Shown here in pieces: positions 61,891-64,000 of a DNA stretch of 64,000 nt. The position numbers and the translations under genes are program-made. The stretch is from positions 160,001-224,000 of the forward strand of contig CAWIBO010000003.1 in the NCBI GenBank assembly GCA_963834385.1, given 5' to 3'. Each line of letters begins with the position of its first letter. Positions within the stretch are counted from its first letter, which is position 1. Source of the DNA: an uncultured Verrucomicrobiae bacterium. GTDB lineage: Bacteria > Verrucomicrobiota > Verrucomicrobiia > Chthoniobacterales > UBA10450. The notes under the pieces were generated by a model. It worked only from the letters and a program-made list of their open reading frames with translations. It searched no databases and was not told where the DNA came from.

Positions 61891-64000
61891 TCAGGCCGGC
61901 TGCCAGAGCCCGCCCTCGCCCTCGTGGCGGCGACGCGCCAGCGCGGGTTCCTCCGCGTAACGAACTTCCTCCGCGGAATCCTCGGGCGTCGTGGCCTCGG
62001 CCGGCGGGCTGTCGTCATTTCTCGCCTGGTGCGTCTTCGCGATCAGGACGTACAGACTCGGCAGGATGAAAAGGGTCAGGAGCGTTCCGATGGCCATGCC
62101 GCCGACGAGGACAAGGCCGATCGAGTTGCGCGCCTCCGCCCCGGCGCCGGTCACGAGGATGAGCGGAAAATGGCCGGCGACGGTGGCAAACGTGGTCATG
62201 AGGACCGGGCGAAACCGGGTCCGCGCCGCTTCGGCGGCCGCCCGCACCTTGTCATAACCCTGGCGCTGCAATTCGTTGGCGAACTCGACGATGAGAATGC
62301 CGTTCTTCGCGATCAGACCGATGAGTGTCACCAGGCCGACCTGCGAATAGATGTTGAAGGAAGTGGTCCAGGCGTTGGTGAAAAACGGCATCGGCGCCGG
62401 GATCTTGAGAAAGATGAAGATCATGGCGCCGAACATGGCCAGGGGGACCGAGCCGCCGAGGATGATGAGCGGATCACGGAAGCTGTTGAACTGCGCGGCG
62501 AGGACCAGAAAAATCAGCGCGACCGCCAGAAGGAAAGCCTCGAGAAACTTGTCTCCTTCCTGCCGGAGCTGGCGGGAACTGCCGGTATAATCAATGGAAT
62601 AGCCGGCGGGCAGAATATTCGCGGCCTCGTTCTCAAGGAGCTTGAGCGCCTGGTCCACCGGACGGATGGCCTGGCCGCTGATCTTGACGGCGTTAAGCTG
62701 CTGCATGCGGTTGAGCGAGCGCGGCACCGTGCGCGTCCGCAGGGTGGCAATGCTGCTGAGCGGGATGAGCTTGTCCTCCGGCCCGGTCACATAAACGTCC
62801 GCCAGCTGATCGGCGTTGAGCCGGTCCACCCGCTGCACCTGCGGGATGACCTTGTAGCTGCGGCCCGACATGTTGAACCGGTTCACGAAGTTCCCGCCAA
62901 AGAGCGCGGAAAGATCGGCCCCGACCTCCTGCAGATCGAGCCCCATGGCCGCTACCTTGTCGTGATCGAGCACCACCTCGGTCTCCGGCTTGTCGATCTT
63001 GGTGTCGATCAACGGCGGAAAAGCGAACATCCCGCTCTCCATCGCCTTCTGTTGCAACTGGCGCGCGAACTCGAGGATCCGGTCCGGCTCGGCCGTGGAA
63101 AGAATGACAAACTCGACCGGGAAATCCGAACCGCCGGGGAGGGGATCGGGCATGATCGGGAACATCTGGATGCCGGGGATGCCTCCAAGTTTCTGCTGGA
63201 CCATCGGGAGGAGCTCGAAGGCCGATTTGTCGCGCTGATCCCACGGTTTCAGGACCATGCCGCCGAAGCCGAAGGTGGGGGAGGTGATCTGGAAGGAGTA
63301 ATTTGTCTCGGGGAAACTGTGGAAAACTTCCCCGGCCTGGTCGGCGTAGGCGATCGTCTGGTCGATTGTCGCCGTCGCCGGGGCCTGAATGATGCCGAAG
63401 ATGACGCCCTGGTCTTCCGTGGGCGCGAGTTCCACCGCGGCCACGAAATCCTTCGCGACAAACATCAGGATGGCGAGGGCGAAGACCGCTCCCCAGACCG
63501 TGTAAACCATGCCCCGATTGCGCAGCGTGACCTCGAGCCGTCGCATGTAGAAATCGCGCACCCGTTCAAAAATGCGGTTCACCCGCGCGCTGAATCCGCG
63601 GTCGGCCCCGCCCGGCTTGAGCAGTTTGGCCGACATGACGGGCGAAAGGGTGAGAGCGACCGCGCCGGAGATCAGGACCGCGCCGGCGAGGGTAAAGGCG
63701 AACTCGCGGAAAAGGGTGCCGGTGAGCCCGCCCTGGAAACCGATCGGGGTGTAAACCGCCGCGAGGGTGATGGTCATGGCGATGATCGGCTTGACCAGTT
63801 CGCGCGCCCCGAGGAAAGCCGCCTGCCGCGGGGTTAAACCTTCGCGGATATGCCGCTCCACGTTTTCCACCATGACGATGGCGTCATCGACCACGAGGCC
63901 GACGGAAAGCACAATGGCGAGAAGGGTGAGCAGGTTCAGGGTGAACCCGAAGATCTGCATGAGGAAGACCGCGCCGATGAGCGAGATCGGGATCGCGACA
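61891..64000 (-). CDS. RND efflux permease, 3' part (5' end outside window)
   Basis: VGLVVDDAIVMVEN, GLIAKNGILIVEFAN and RFRPVLMTT motifs. Confidence 0.95.
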   Translation of the reverse strand, partial: VAIPISLIGAVFLMQIFGFTLNLLTLLAIVLSVGLVVDDAIVMVENVERHIREGLTPRQAAFLGARELVKPIIAMTITLAAVYTPIGFQGGLTGTLFREFAFTLAGAVLISGAVALTLSPVMSAKLLKPGGADRGFSARVNRIFERVRDFYMRRLEVTLRNRGMVYTVWGAVFALAILMFVAKDFVAAVELAPTEDQGVIFGIIQAPATATIDQTIAYADQAGEVFHSFPETNYSFQITSPTFGFGGMVLKPWDQRDKSAFELLPMVQQKLGGIPGIQMFPIMPDPLPGGSDFPVEFVILSTAEPDRILEFARQLQQKAMESGMFAFPPLIDTKIDKPETEVVLDHDKVAAMGLDLQEVGADLSALFGGNFVNRFNMSGRSYKVIPQVQRVDRLNADQLADVYVTGPEDKLIPLSSIATLRTRTVPRSLNRMQQLNAVKISGQAIRPVDQALKLLENEAANILPAGYSIDYTGSSRQLRQEGDKFLEAFLLAVALIFLVLAAQFNSFRDPLIILGGSVPLAMFGAMIFIFLKIPAPMPFFTNAWTTSFNIYSQVGLVTLIGLIAKNGILIVEFANELQRQGYDKVRAAAEAARTRFRPVLMTTFATVAGHFPLILVTGAGAEARNSIGLVLVGGMAIGTLLTLFILPSLYVLIAKTHQARNDDSPPAEATTPEDSAEEVRYAEEPALARRRHEGEGGLWQPA

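Overview
High-GC bacterial chromosome segment, most consistent with Verrucomicrobiota (Chthoniobacterales-like). This is inferred from the LpxC-FabZ fusion, a PEP-CTERM protein, a tandem 'NLSTR' C-terminal domain and A-rich leaders without Shine-Dalgarno motifs. Most of the window is housekeeping: 3' rpoC, rpsB-tsf, pilT pair, recN, lpxA/lpxC-fabZ, nusA-infB-rbfA-DHH-truB-ribF, two RND pumps, galK and three tRNAs (Phe-GAA, Gly-GCC, Arg-CCT). About ten single-base indels, including in rpoC and truB, look like consensus errors rather than pseudogenes. The standout locus is 8186-16062 on the minus strand, a candidate undescribed peptide export system. It comprises a GNAT gene, a parvulin/PpiC-like protein, a peptidase-containing ABC transporter with two apparently intact cyclic-nucleotide-binding domains and a complete C39 triad, an HlyD adaptor, and a sensor-less sigma-54 activator. 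Downstream lie a sigma-54-like promoter and three tandem small ORFs, one missing from the ORF track. All three share a non-canonical double-glycine leader (h-x-D-L-x-P-x-x-D-[AV]-x-G-G), and two have Gly/Asn/Lys/Ser low-complexity cores. All assignments are by eye from motifs; no searches were run.
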